51,879 nt of DNA from Trypethelium eluteriae. Lineage: Eukaryota. Below are positions 22,586 to 36,174 of the stretch, one piece after another; position 1 is the first letter of the stretch; every line of letters starts with the position of its first letter. The notes under the pieces were generated by a model. It saw only the letters and a list, made by a program, of their open reading frames with translations, made no database searches and was not told where the DNA came from. The position numbers and the translations under genes were made by a program. The stretch spans positions 62,001-113,879 of the forward strand of contig JAVECL010000013.1 of the NCBI GenBank assembly GCA_051942245.1. The letters are read 5' to 3'.

Positions 22586-23188
22586 GGTGGATGAGTCACA
22601 GAATTGAAGTTCTGAATAGTTTGTCGGGAGTGCCGGCGTTGAAGTATTTGAGGCATTGTAACAGGTTTTGGTAGCGCTAATACCAAGTACTGGTGGGTCG
22701 GTGGTAATGATGCAAGTGGGGCAGGGTGTGTACGAGGGGTAGGTTTGGTCGACCAGCGCTAGGCCACTCACTTCGCTCAAGGCTAGTACCATGGAGCACA
22801 GGCAAATCGAAGTGAGTGACATGACGTGGCGACTAATCACGCAGTAATTCACGTCAACCTACTGAGGGATAGAATTTTGTCGTTCATTGTGCATGAGAAG
22901 CTGGGTAGAACTGCGACCTGCTTCCTTCTACCGTGGTAGCTGCACTTTCCTTGCCTATGGTATGTTCGGAAATTGGTATCGAGCTCGAGTCGGGGGCACA
23001 GATTACATCTGGAAGGTACCATGACCGTGTGCTTGAATGTTGTGACAGGTGCCCTCATAACGAGGATAAGAGGCTCGATCATCTACTGACCATCTCAAGA
23101 TAGCTGATTCACATCGCATCCTACCATGCAGAAAGAGGACGATAAAGATGAATGCACAAATAGACAGCAAGGGCCCGGAGTCTTTGCA

Positions 23189-24031
23189 CTAACTCAATTT
23201 TATTCTAGAGCCCTTGAACAAATAAGTACCAGCAAGCTTTCCAGCAACGCAGCCTAGATACGCTCCAGTAACTATTGTCACCGGCCATTTCTGCCATTCG
23301 CGGTCCCTGTCTCAATGTCAGCAGATCCTCACGAGCTACATTACCCTCTTGTATGTCTCACCAATCAAGGGGGATTGGTATTGCTCCAAGCCAGGCACCA
23401 GCTAATGTGCCTATCGCTGAACCAAAAACGTCGTCAAGAGGAGCTTGTAGTGCAACTATCTCTTGCCATGTCCCAGCATCTACACCGTGGACATAAACCA
23501 AGGGGGAGGTTATGAGGAGAGACATGTGCGCCGCGCACAGAAGGGTATGTGCTTGATGCGTTGTGAATGGAGCTCCCAGGAGAACGAGCAGTATTGCAAT
23601 AACGGGTGCACCAAATGCGAAGGATAGCACGAATGAAATGAGAGCTGGCTAAAGGTCTATTAGCCTTGAGAGATTCCAGCGAGTGACCGTTTGAAACTTA
23701 CAACAATCCTATCGCCCAAATTCAGCTCGTTCTTCCCAGCCCCGGTCTTCTTTCGCTGACCCTGTCTAAGCGAAGCAGCCGTCGAACCCGTGCCTGCCAC
23801 AGGTAAACAGGTTATGAGGTATGAGATCTGCAAGACGCTGAGAGGTAGCAGTCCGCTTGTCAAAGCCAAGACTGGATCGGCTACGATGGAACGGAATTGG
23901 AAAAAATAACCGGCTAGCAGGAGCATTGGATGGACATGAGTATATAGCCTAGCAGCATCCGTGGGCCGTATCTCAACGGGCCCCAGAATGGGCCCGACTG
24001 CGGTGGCCTTGCCAACCGTTTTGGTGCTCAT
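23189..24031 (-). CDS. GPI11: GPI biosynthesis protein PIG-F/Gpi11, 3 exons
   Basis: [16 protein letters not shown] and [25 protein letters not shown] signature. Confidence 0.93.
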
Positions 24032-24559
24032 GCCAATGTGAATATGTTGATGTACTCAGGCGGAGGTTTTGCGGAGCTGCGTTCCCCTGAAGTGATCGAC
24101 CGCGGAGAGGCTAAGAGGCTGAGGCTCTCCTACCCCTACTCTCGCCATCCCCTGCCTCCAACTACAATACTGCATATTGAAGCTTCGGTAGGCCTTCTAC
24201 CGATCTCAACCACGGCAGTATTTGCTGTCATCGGTATTGCCTGTTTAATTCCACTACTTGGTTTACCAATCATGGGAGGCGTTGAGTTGACTCCTGAAGC
24301 CTACGGCTTTAACCTCGCTCTTTAGCAATTCCGGTCTTGGCGAAGCAATTGACAGGCTAAGAAGGTGCTCGTTGCTGCTCTGTTAAGCAATGGACTAACG
24401 CAATAGTCTTCACCTTGAAGTGAGCAGGATGTCTTACATATAAACCTTAACCTTGGCCAGTTATTTCTTTACTTGCTTCCTAAATTGTCCCTCCACCTCT
24501 GCTACACATATCTCGTAATATCTCTCTCAATATAGATATATTTTAGCATCACTCCTACG

Positions 24560-25343
24560 ATGACAGCTGAGGACATGGACTCCAAACGAATCATATTGAT
24601 TACTGGCTCGAATAGAGGCATTGGCCTAGCCATTGCTACACGGCTTGCGAAAAACTCTCCCAATGACCATTGTATTATCGGATCCCGCTCCAGATCAGAT
24701 GGAGAAATTGCCATTGCAGAGCTTAGAGGCACGGGTACGACTGCATCTCTAGAAGCGCTGCAGCTCGATATCAATGACGACAGCAGCATTCACGAAGCGA
24801 TCAAATATCTCACCCGAGCATACGGTAGATTGGACATTCTGATCAACAATGCCGCAATCGCAAAGACCTTCAAGGCCGATCCACAAAACCCTGAATTTGC
24901 AGCAACATACCGAACGAACTATTCCAACACTTACTTTACGAATGTAATCTCCACTGGCCTATTCACTGAGCTTATGCGTCCTTTGCTATACCAAGCAGCT
25001 CATCCACGAGTAATCAACGTGTCTTCTGCACGAGGTTCTCTTGGAAGGTTCAGCTGATGGAAAACTGCCACCAACAGTGAACGCAGCATACTCTATCAGC
25101 AAGACAGCTCTAAATGGACTGACCATTGAGATGCAAAAGACAGAGGATGCGCAGGGAGGCAAGATAAGATACTTCTTGGCCTGTCCAGGCCACTGTAAGA
25201 CAGCGTTCAATGGGTACAGAGGACCTAAAGATCCCCTGGATGGCGCAAGAGTTGTACAGCACCTGGCACTAGCAGCCGAAGGCAGGTTTGATTTCGGATT
25301 TTATGAATACGAGGAGGATGAGATGAAGAAGGTGCCGTGGTAG
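24560..25343 (+). pseudogene. Short-chain dehydrogenase/reductase (carbonyl-reductase-like) interrupted by a one-base frameshift near 25049 (null allele, assembly error or recoding)
   Basis: Frame 1 has TGSNRGIG, LDILINNAA and INVSSARGS, then stops at 25055-25057. The catalytic YSISKTALN and CPGHCKTAFNGYRG-KDP are in the next frame, and there is no room for an intron. Confidence 0.75.
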
Positions 25344-25859
25344 AGAACGAGCAATAACGTGTATCAAAAACGGCTGAGAGTAGCGCTTAACTTTTCAGGC
25401 GCGAGTGTTTGGATTACATTAACTTCAAAATTTACATGTACTGCCGAAAGATAGTATATCACCTATGCGACATGCAGCGTCGAGACAAGTACTGCCACAG
25501 TGAGGCTGGGGACGCTACATCTAATGAACCCCCACATAGGAACTTTCCCTTTCCCCCACCTTTTTTTTTTGCGGAGCGCGGCACGCACTTGGTACGGAGC
25601 TGGATACACAGTGGCAATTTCTTTGAGTCCTTGGCAAGTAACACACGATCTAGGGCTGGTGGTACAGTGCTCAATATATAGAGAGCTTGATTTGACAAAG
25701 ATTGCTGCTGGCGCATCCAGTGCAAGCCAAGATATCCCGACCTCGCAATCGCCAAACCGACACCAGCGCAATCTCTATCTTAGAAAGCAGAGGCTACCAA
25801 AGCAGGGATTTGTTTCGACCACAGACTAGCCATTGGAGACCCGCCTCTCTAATACGACT

Positions 25860-28356
25860 ATGGCACCCGTCGCCATCCCCACATTCGCGTCCCACCAGCT
25901 CAACCTCCTCTCAGCCGAGCTCGCCGCCGAGACGTCTGCCACCGCCCTCCTCACCTCCACGCACTCGCCCTCTGCCCTCTCTCGCGCCGGTCTCGCCATC
26001 ACGAACCTGGTAATCGACTCCCAGCGAACCGGATTGGGCGGCAAGACCGTCGTCCAGCTGGGAAGAGATAGTGCCGTTGGCGTGAGCGGGAAAGACAAAG
26101 GTGGCAAGAGCTCGAAGTCTGACGCAGCGAGAGATGCGAGCGATGCGGCTGGATTGGGGGAGCATGGGATACGCGTCGGGGATGTGGTGGGCATTGGGCA
26201 GCAGCCCAAGGGCGCGGAGAAGAAGAAGGCGAAATCGGAGTTGGAGAAGAGTAGGGTTGAAGGTGTGGTAGTTAAAGTTCGACAGGATGCCATTGAGGTG
26301 GCAGTGGAAAAGGAAGATGATGCTGAAGGATTGCTAGGCGGTTCGAAACTCTGGATGTGGGTTTCCTGCCTTTACGTTGCGCTGCTGTCTATAGCACGGT
26401 CGATGCTAATAGTGAAATTTATGTATATAGCGTCAAACTTGCGAATGAAATTACATACAAGAGGTATGCAAAGAACATACAATATTCGCCAACCGTCCGG
26501 TCTTGTACTTGCAGCGTTGACACTTGTATCGTTCAGAATGAACCAAACCATGACCTACCTGGAGAAGATGGAGGAAGCAGAATACACACCATTTATTCGT
26601 GTCTTATTTGGTCTCGATTCTGTCACGCCAGTCCCACCGGACATAGACTTGCCTTCGAGCGACTATGCGAAGATAGTATGGGACAATCCTCATCTCAACG
26701 ACTCCCAGAAATCAGCAATTCGGTTCGCTCTTGCCTCTCGCGAGATAGCTCTCATCCATGGTCCACCAGGCACGGGAAAGACATATACCATCATTGAGCT
26801 GATTCTGCAATTGCTCGCGCGCAAGCAGCGGGTTCTCGTGTGTGGCCCCTCTAATATTTCCGTTGACAATATTGTAGAAAGACTAGCACCCCATGGCCTA
26901 CCACTCGTTCGGCTGGGACATCCCGCCCGATTGTTGCCCTCAGTCTTAGCTCATAGCCTAGATGTGCTTACTCGGACAAGCGAGGCAGCAGCTATTGTGC
27001 GTGACGTGGCAAAGGAGATGGATGCAAAGCAAGCCAGTATAAAGAAGACCAAGAGCGGGAGAGAACGTCGGGAGATCTATTCCGTGCTCAGAGAGCTGAG
27101 AAAAGAGTATCGAGAGAGGGAGCGAGGATGCGTAGATCAACTAATACACCAGAGTAAGGTAGTGCTTGCCACTCTGCACGGTGCAGGTGGATTTCATCTC
27201 AAAGGTCAGCAATTCGATGTTGTTATCATCGACGAGGCAAGCCAAGCACTTGAAGCACAGTGTTGGGTTCCCTTACTGCGGGCGAAAAAGGTGGTGCTTG
27301 CAGGGGATCATCTGCAATTGCCTCCAACGGTCAAAAGCTTGAACGTCAAAGAGAAAAGTAAGACAGGTAATGCAGAACAGGCAAAGGCCGACGGAAAAAA
27401 TGGGGAGGATGGACTTGGGCAAACGCAATCGAAGACAAAAGGTGGTACGCTTGAGACGACGATGTTCGACAGGCTTTTGCGACTCTACGGGCCGTCAGTA
27501 AAGAGGATGTTAACAGTGCAATATCGAATGCATGAGCAGATAATGACGTTTCCTTCTGAGGAACTGTATGAAGGAAAGCTTGTCGCAGCAGAGGACGTCA
27601 AGTCCAGATTGCTAAAAGACCTTCCGTATGAAGTTATGGAGACGGATGAGACGAAAGAAGCACTAGTCTTCTTGGATACACAGGGTGGCGATTTTCCGGA
27701 GAAGACTGAGGCAGATGATGGAGGTAAAAGCCTGCTGGGGGACAGTAAAAGCAACGAAATGGAGGCACTATTGGTAGGGATGCAGGTGAAGAGGCTGGTA
27801 GAGGCAGGGGTCAAAGCCACTGATATCGCGGTGATTACTCCCTATAATGGACAGGTCTGTCACACGACAATTCCGGATAAGGTCCGAAAGGTACTAATAC
27901 GTCGAAAGCTCAGCATCTTATCGCGCAGCTTGAAGGAAGCTTATCCAGGCATTGAGCTCGGTAGCGTGGATGGGTTTCAGGGAAGAGAGAAGGAAGCAGT
28001 CATCGTGAGTCTGGTTCGTAGCAATCCAGAGCATGAAGTCGGTTTTCTAGGAGAGAAGCGCCGGCTTAATGGTAAGCTGTGGTCGATTCTGTCGCAAATC
28101 TACGAGTCTGCTGACGAGGAGGTAGTGGCCATGACACGGCCGAAGAGGCATCTGTGTGTGATTGGAGATTCAGAAACGGTTTCTCGGTGAGTGGAAAGTC
28201 TTGTCTCGGAGACTTGTGACTAGAGACGAAACGGGACGCTGATTAATAGATCTCATCTACAGGGGTAGTAACTTTCTTGCTCGATGGATGGCCTTTTTAG
28301 AAGAGCATGCAGACTTGCGATATCCCAATTTAGCCGATCTCCATGTTGACGGCTGA
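25860..28356 (+). CDS. HCS1: SF1 UPF1-like helicase Hcs1/IGHMBP2 (DNA polymerase alpha-associated helicase A), 6 exons
   Basis: RTGLGGKTVV, KLANEITYKR|M, LNDSQ, IHGPPGTGKT, PSNISVDN, RLGHPARL, IIDEASQALE, AGDHLQLPPT, QYRMH, VITPYNGQ, VDGFQGREKEA and RRLN|VAMTRPKR. Confidence 0.93.
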
Positions 28357-29919
28357 TCTGGATCATTGTCAATCGGACAGGAACGCTCTGGGTCAAAGTC
28401 GCAGGAGAGTGCCCGAAATGGAGTTCACCACTACAGGGTACCCTGCTCGCATGAAGCGACTGGCCGAGTCCAATAATGCTCCTGGTTCGGTTATCTTCCC
28501 TTCAGCGACGAGCTACGGTTTGATATCGCTAGTCAGGGACGACAACCGTGTATCGGCGTATGGAGGCGAAGGCACGCATGATGCAGCTTGAGATTAAGAA
28601 CGGCTGATGCTGAGTTTGACGCGGCGAGTGGTAAGTTGAATGAATATGGAGGAGGAAGACCGTTGGTCTAGTATCCTGGTTCTGATGCATGATTGGCCGA
28701 GCACTCAGAGGGGACTCCGTAGAATAGCTAGGCGGAGGGGAGATTTTATGCAGCCCGATATCAGGCACAGTCAATGCTGAATGCAATGCATCGGTGGTGC
28801 ACTCCAGGGGATCCGCGTGACGAGCGGCACAGGCACGGCGGCCCGCAGATGTGGTGCTTGTTCGACCTGCTGGCGGTGCTGGACCCCAGCCGTGAGGCCT
28901 GAGACAGGCCAGCCTCTCGCCCCTCTGCTCCTGGTGTGGATGGTGGAGGGACACTTTCTCCCGTGCCTCCCCGCTGCGTTGTCTCTTCTGCTCTCGCCGT
29001 CGCTGTGTCCCGTACATTGCTTGGTACCTTGGGTCTCGACGAGTGGGCCCCTACCGGTAGTCTGGTGAGTGGCGACACGAATCATTCAAAGGGTCTGGAG
29101 GAGGTCGTGAACAGGTCCACCAATGAGACAATGGTGATTGAAACGACATCGTGCCCGTCCCTTTGACTCTGGTGCACATCATCGGTAGCAGTTGTCCGTG
29201 CTGAGGACGTTGACGAATGACCCTGCAATCGATCTGCCAATGCCCTTCTGAAACGGTGTTGGACTGGGCGGAACGAACAGGGCGCGGCGTTTGGAGAGCC
29301 GGGGGCCATGTTCTAACGCGGACTACTGCACACCACCATGGAATCTATCTCCCTTCTGGTGTGGGGCAGCGTGCTCGAGCTGCATCTCTTCGTCTTTTTT
29401 GTGTATCAATTCTCGCGAGGGCGCAAGCCTCCACCATTCGTGCTTTCCTTCATACGCTTAGAGCCTCCGGACTGAGGACTCCCTCTCTCAAAAGCTGGAC
29501 TCGCTACCGCACTTCACGTACACCTCTCTCCTCTTTATCTGTTTCCAGACGCCGCTTGTCGGCCTTCATATTCCCCCTCTGTCCACTGGGACCCGTCCGT
29601 TACCCTCCGTTCTCTTCCATCACTGACGCTTCTTTTCTTGGCTACTCGCTAGTACCATCCCGTTTCTTTTTGAGCTTCTCTGGCAAGAGCCATGAGCTCG
29701 ACCCCGATTTACGCCGCGGCGACTGGCTTCTACCGCCCATGATATTTACTCGCTCATTTGTCTTGCTCCTTGAACAACGTTATTGTCTCTCCTTGGCTAT
29801 GCTGTAAATGCTACACATAATTCCGGTCTTTTCAGTTCCCCTACAGTGCATGAACGTTTCCTAGTATTATAACCGATCTCATTGACTTAATTATCCAAGC
29901 AGTAGTTTAAGTGAAAGTT

Positions 29920-32326
29920 ATGGCAGCAGCTCGCGCATCGAGAGTCTTTGGTGATGAGAAGCCACTGCAACGTTCAAGCTCAAAAGCTGATGCTATCCGC
30001 CGTGGGACCCTCCGCATTAGCGGGCCTATTTCTACGGATACTGACTTCGAGGAAGATGGACAAACACCGGACCGAAGTTCCGTGTCCTTGCGTGTTCACG
30101 AAGCCATCACGGAGAAGAGATCCCAATTACTGCGAGATGCCAGCCCAGAGGTGACAACAGCTCCAGATGTTGAGGGACAAAACCAGCAGGCTGCGGATAG
30201 CCTGGAGCCTCCGCGTCAACGAGATCAGAACTCCGTCGCCCTGAGGGACACAACGTATTCAAACGGCTATGCTTCAACGTATAGTCATCCCTACTCAATG
30301 AATACCGACCCCAACTCGGTTCGAGTATCGCCTAAAGACGACGCGAAGACGGATTCGGGGAGAAAGGCCAAAGGTGGCTCCTTCAGAGCCGCGGTGCGCC
30401 GGTTGTTTGGTCGAAAGCCAAAGCCAGTCCAGTCGACACCGACTCGACACGGCTACCACCGCAGTGTGAGTGTCTTTCAGCAATGTAATTTCTTCAAGAG
30501 TTTCTGATCAAATATAGGATCCTGGCGCGCTGCTTAGACCAGCTCAGACCCCACAGCCCTCCTCGACTCCACAACGTTCCTTTTCTATGCCGATACGCGA
30601 TATTACACCCTCAGTAGCTCTCCAGTCACATTCGCCCGCTGTACAATTCCCGCATAGCAAAGAGCTGAAGCCGCTCGACTTAAGACCTACAATCCGACAA
30701 CATTCACCCCGTCGAAGGGCCACTTTAGGCAGCACAGCTCCAAAGCGGGACAACTCAACTTCACTTCCGAAGTCCTTTGACGATCCCTTTTGGGACTCGA
30801 TAGTGCCAGTCGAAGAACGTGATATTGGCTTAGCAGTGACAAGCGGTAGCAATCCCAAGAGACGGTCAAGAAGTGCTGGTGCTCTACGAGACATTAGCAG
30901 GGTCCAGGTCGAGAGCTCAGGTAGGCGCCGCAGTGAGGAGATCAGATATTGGCGGGCATCGACGGATGGAAGACCAATGAGCGGGGAGAGTCGGTATTCT
31001 GGCATTGCGTTTGGGTCAAACGGTCCTGAAAGGAAGGTCAATCGTATGCATTATAGAGATGCCAGTGACGAGCATGCCCAGCCGGCTAGTCCACGACATG
31101 GACGTATCTTCAACTTTCGACCAATGAACGAGGAGATAGAAGAAGTTGGTCAACATTCGCCAGACAACGGTAGTGGTCATAAAAGCGTTATTAGAACGTC
31201 AGTACCAGAAGGGCCAGAGGACGACAACAGCCTCTTACCACAAGAGTCGACGGACGTTTCTAGCACCAAACAAATGCAACGTCAAACTCTCGAGGAAGGC
31301 TCGAGCGAATGGACGCGATCCCAGTCGCCGTCTCTGCACAACTTCTACGACGAAAGCTCGCAAGACGCAGCGTCTCCTCGCGGATCTGGACAAAGATCTG
31401 GCGCACCCAATGTGCCGTCACCGAACTCCAAAGGCCACGGACAGACGCCGAAACTTGATCCAGCTCCAACCCTCATTACTTCGATACCAGGAGGACGACT
31501 CAAAAACAATGCTCAAGAGGGCGGTCATTTTTCGGGTAAAAATGACGTGCCTAGGCTTGACGACACTGCGACTTATCAGCAAGATGTCCACCGTACACCA
31601 GAGAAGACAAATGAAAAGTTCGGGCAGTCCTATGCAGAGGACTACATCGGTCTGATCAATCGTCAGCTTCCGCCAGAAATGCCCAGTCCGCTTTCGCCTG
31701 GGACGTCCACAACCTTCGAAGCCATCAGCAATGTACTTGCACACGAGCGCGCTGCGCGGAAGGAGCTCGAGAGACTCGTGTATGACTTGAAGCGCGAAGT
31801 TGCAGAGTTGCGTTCGATGATGGAGAGAAGGACACGATTGTCAGCGTACGGTGAAAGGAATACACATGACGAGATGCGAACATATCGATCGCATAGTTCG
31901 GAGACCATGGATGCGAGGAAAACTCTGGACAGGTTGGAGGGCTATGGCAGGCATGACGATCAGAGGGTCACAGTGATCAGAAGCCGCTTTTCGGGGTTTG
32001 ACAGTGTGGATGATAGCAATGGTGGGACGGCCGACGAGGATGACAGAGCCGATGACAACGACGGTGATGACGATACGCGTGGTCCACCAACCTCATCAGG
32101 ACAAGAGGAGCAGACGCGGGAGGGAGTGGAACAAATAATCCACCACCGCAGCCAGTCTGCTCCTTCAACCGACATGGAGAGTCCGAGTTCGGAAGCATTC
32201 GAAACTCCGAGAGAGGAAGCAAGTGGTTATGCCTACGCGTACGATGCTGATGATGACGACGTTTCACGGAAGCCTATGCACTCTGTCGGCGCGAGGGTTC
32301 CTGTTGTTGTGGGCGGAATGTTTTGA
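29920..32326 (+). CDS. Hypothetical, largely disordered protein with a C-terminal coiled coil; exons 29920-30465, 30518-32326
   Basis: Two long ORFs join in frame through GTGAGT...CTGAT...TAG (HRS|DPG). Short conserved-looking motifs LRISGPI, IGLAVT, NPKRRSRSAGALRD and RRRSEEIRYWRAS, plus the heptad segment LAHERAARKELERLVYDLKREVAEL. Confidence 0.75.
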
Positions 32327-32871
32327 TTGCATGATGTCTGACGAAATGCACATGCTGTACGCTGTGCAGACGGCATGAGAAACGTCTTAACTGTTTGAAG
32401 ATTCATTTGTCCAGATGGGAGCGTTGGAGATACCCATGTGTTTACCCTTGTAATCGTCAGACCTTCGAAGCATGTATTAGCCTAATTACTTGTAGGCAGC
32501 AATATTCGTATACATTGATGTTCAAGGTTGCCCTAGATGATCGTTTACTCCGCGCTGCGATTGGCCCGTTCGCATGCTTAAAGCGAAGAAGCTCTGAGTG
32601 CGAGGTACTTGGTCGAACTTGGTCGTACTTGCCCGGGAGGCACGGGAGGATTCCAGCCAGCTCTCAACTCCGTGTCCGATTCTCCGTTCCTACCTTAAAC
32701 ACCGCCTTCCGGTTGCGTACACGTGCGGAAAACAATATATACAATCACGTATCCTTTGCTAATTTATGCTCAATCATCAAGAATGCATTGTCGTCCTTCT
32801 CTTCCTGGACATCTCCGCTGGGAAGCTCCGGATGCACTGTCCCATATTCCGTTCGTCCACTATCACCTGAG

Positions 32872-35168
32872 ATGAGCATGGAAGACGCATCGCAAGCATC
32901 TTTCCCAAAGCGAAGGTCATGTGCCCGTTGCATCAAAGCCAAAGTCAAATGTTCGGTAATCCAAGGACGTGACATATGCGAGCGATGCCACCGACTCAAT
33001 CGAGACTGCGAATTTGGGAATGTTGATTTGAGGCGGAGGCGTAAAACGGCAACGTAAGCTCTGACAACCGCCAAGTAGAGCTGTTTCTAAAGGGCACGTG
33101 ACAATTAGGAGAACAGAGAGGTTGGAGAAAAGAATCGAAGAGTTAGCTGCCCAGCTCGCAGCCCAGCAGAATGAGAGCTTGCAACCGTCCAACTCTACCC
33201 ACACATCATCTCCTGAAGCTGCCCCTGCTGGAATGTTCACACCACCCGTCTCGGAGGATATAGACCCTGCTACTCTAGGAAATGCTGCGTCATCAGGCGA
33301 AGCTTTCAATCAGATTTACTTTCTCCGGAAGCAGCAGGAAGCGGAAGGAGATGTTGTTGATAGGGGGTTTATCACTCCGACGAGAGCGGAACTACTACTC
33401 GAAAAATACAGAACGGTGAAGATGCCAAGCTTCCCATTCGTGATTATTCCAGCAGGCAAGACGGCTACAGATCTGCGCCGGGAAAGCCCCTTCCTCTTTC
33501 TCGCAATCATGACCGTCTGTCTCGAAGACGATATTCCTCTACAGGGTAAGATTGTGGATGAAATTCGAAGCGAGATCAGTAAACGTATGATTTTGGGGGA
33601 TAAGAGAAATCTCGAGTTGCTACAGGGTCTTCTTGTCCACTTGGGATGGTATCACTACCATTTCTCTCCGCTCGGTCATCAGATGTATTTGCTGCTTAAT
33701 CTCGCTCGAGCCTTGATCTTTGAGCTTTGCCTCGATAGGAGCCCGAATGCCAACGCCGAGGAGCAAGGCATTCTGATGGAAATAAAGAAGAAGCTTGCAC
33801 TAACGCACAAGGTTAATGAGGATGACGATGTAGCGAACGGAAAGCGCGCAGTAGGTTTCCACAAGGCCCAGCCCGTGAACGGTTGTTAACCACCAAACCT
33901 CCTTCAGGTGCTTGGCTTTTACTACGTTAGCTCAATGTTAGTGGGGCACTTTCTCCACTCTCCAACAGCTACCCTGAAATACTAATTACACGAACAGATT
34001 GTGCATGTGCCGCAAAGGTCTTGCCATGAAATTCACTCCATGGCTTGATGAATGCTGTCGGTCCTTGAAGGAAAGGAACCAATATCCCACTGACGCCTCG
34101 ATCGAACGCTTCATAAAACTGCGATTACTACATCAAAACATCAGCGATACTCTTCTGAATGATGGTCAGGTCGAGTGTCACTCTGATTCAGTCTTGGAAA
34201 TGTCGCAGACGGCCTTTCAAAATGAATTGTCGACTCTAGAAGCAGGATTGCCAGCCTTGTCATCTGTTGAGCAATGTACGTTTGTGGCATCGCCATGGAG
34301 ATTCCCTTGTCGAATCGTCACTAATATGCAGTTTATAGATGCGCTAGAGGTTGAGTGCTTGATCATCGCTGTCGCGATCCATGAAATCGCACTATACACA
34401 GGTCAACCTTCGTGTGCAGCGTCCATTGCTCGGACCAAGAGTCTATCCAGTTTGCTGAGGTCATCCCGAGCTCTCCTCAATTTCTGCCTCCGCGTTCCCG
34501 ATGATGCCATTCAACACCTCTCTCTAGCTACGATTACCATGTTCTGGTATGCGATCTTGGTCCTGGCGAAGGTCGTCCTCATTCCATCGGCGCCAGGGTG
34601 GGACCGCGAGACAGCAAAGAAAGAAGCGGACCTGGCTGGCTTGGGTCGTGCGGCTAAAGACAAGCTCACATCAGTCAGATTGACCCAGAAACAGTGTCCG
34701 GACAGTCTTGATGTGTGGACGTGAGTTTCAATCGACCCCACCCTGCATGCCATTTTCCTTAGCTGATACACCGACAGTTACTTCTGCCACGTTATGCGGA
34801 GTATGCTCATTTGGAACAAGAAACAAGAGCAGCCTGATAAAGAGGATCCGGTCGCGGACGGCATTCGAAATGCCTCTGATGCTCTTGCAATCGCAAAATA
34901 CAACAACGACCCATGTGCTCTTGTGGACCAGCCTACGCCACCTGCCGCCGCCGATTGTGTCACGGATCCCATTGGCGAAGAGGAGACGGCCAGAATTGCT
35001 GAGGTTGATACGTCTCCAGACATGTCCCAGGAATCATGGTTTCAATCACCAGATGAATTTTTAGACGATTCTTTATGGCAGCGAGTGCTTGATGACTTTA
35101 CCTTGCTGCCACCAGCACCATTTGGAGGCTATCCTGCTGGTGCATTTGCACCGTTTGGTTATCCATGA
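32872..35168 (+). CDS. Zn(II)2Cys6 fungal transcription factor with middle homology region, ~6 exons
   Basis: CARCIKAKVKC...CERCHRLNRDC binuclear cluster, dimerisation coil RLEKRIEEL, FPFV...LRRESPFLFLAI and NLELLQGLLV; five GT-AG introns restore the frame. Confidence 0.9.
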
Positions 35169-36053
35169 TCCACTTATGTATGACTCTGTTGTCAATATTG
35201 ACGAATGACGTGGGCGGATGGAAATATAGATACGATTGAGCCGGGTTCCGTATCGAAATAACGGGGGCTCTGATGTGAAGGGAACCGCAATATATTGCCG
35301 GTTGTGTACTATTAGCCTACTCCACATACTAATCCACAAGCAAAATAGAATAATAATGTGTTGATCTTCCACCCATTTTAACATGCATAGACCAAGTAAT
35401 TGCCAAATAGGCACCTTGAAAGCAACACTTTCCTAGAAATGCAATGTACAGACTCAAGGACTGCGATTCTTCTCCGCTTCCCAGTATGGAGAGTACATTT
35501 CACCTTTATTTCTGGAGGTCCTCCATTGTTATGGAAGTAAGAATCGATGCTGTCGATTCTGGCAGGTGAAGCGTAGCTCAGGATGGAGGGCAGTCACTGG
35601 GGACGGATTGGAGGCAGTATCATTCCCAGTCTACTAGGTGTGTACAGTTTGTAGTTTCCACCTAGCTCTGAGAATCATCCTGATTTCATAACATTGATAG
35701 TGTTTTAAGGAAAAGAAGGGAGGATCAATGGACAGCATCTAAGCGATATCTTCTTGTTGGGTTTCTTGAATTTCTTTGTCTATCATAACGGCTTATTCGA
35801 CACAAAGTTCCATGCTCTTCATGATAGACACAGAGCATTGCAACTTGGTTTCATATGTAGCCCTCCATAGTGGTGGACCATGCAAACCTGGTAGATCAGC
35901 TCCTCGCCCCTTTTTCAGACAGAATCACGCGAAGTATTAAGATTTCTACCGAGATCTTCATTCTCTCGAAATTATCAAAAGCATCCGTTAGTAAATAGCA
36001 ATAGAGCATAGCCGATATATCCGCTGAAATTACCTACTTGTGGAAATCATGTA

Positions 36054-36174
36054 CCTTACCGCGATTGGGGGGTTCCTCAAGCCGTCTTAACATGGGCCAA
36101 CATGGTCATAACAGCAAAGTTGAAACAACATTGTATTGATTGCCAGCTGAAAACACCCCCCCTCCGCGATAAGG
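36054..36174. mobile_element. MITE-like element copy 1 (121 bp, TIR CCTTACCGCG.../...CGCGATAAGG, TA flanks)
   Basis: ta|CCTTACCGCGATTGGGGGG ... CCCCCCTCCGCGATAAGG|ta; the interior matches the reverse complement of copy 2. Confidence 0.7.

Noticed and set aside
25013..25060. Tiny intron to explain the SDR frameshift
   Set aside because: The only frame-restoring GT..AG is 13 nt, far below spliceosomal minimum, and longer ones would delete the YxxxK motif.
28529..29807. Several 95-196 aa ORFs upstream of the hypothetical gene
   Set aside because: Overlapping, low-complexity, R/S/L/P-rich translations on both strands; typical of a GC-rich promoter and pyrimidine-rich 5' UTR.
32395..32871. 159-codon upstream extension of the Zn2Cys6 ORF in the track
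   Set aside because: TTG start and non-protein-like composition; Zn clusters normally lie close to the N-terminus, so ATG 32872 is preferred.
1893..35168. Terpenoid/meroterpenoid gene cluster (GGPPS, methyltransferase, SDR, Zn2Cys6 factor)
   Set aside because: The genes are dispersed among housekeeping loci, the GGPPS is the primary-metabolism type, and there is no cyclase, PKS/NRPS, prenyltransferase or P450.
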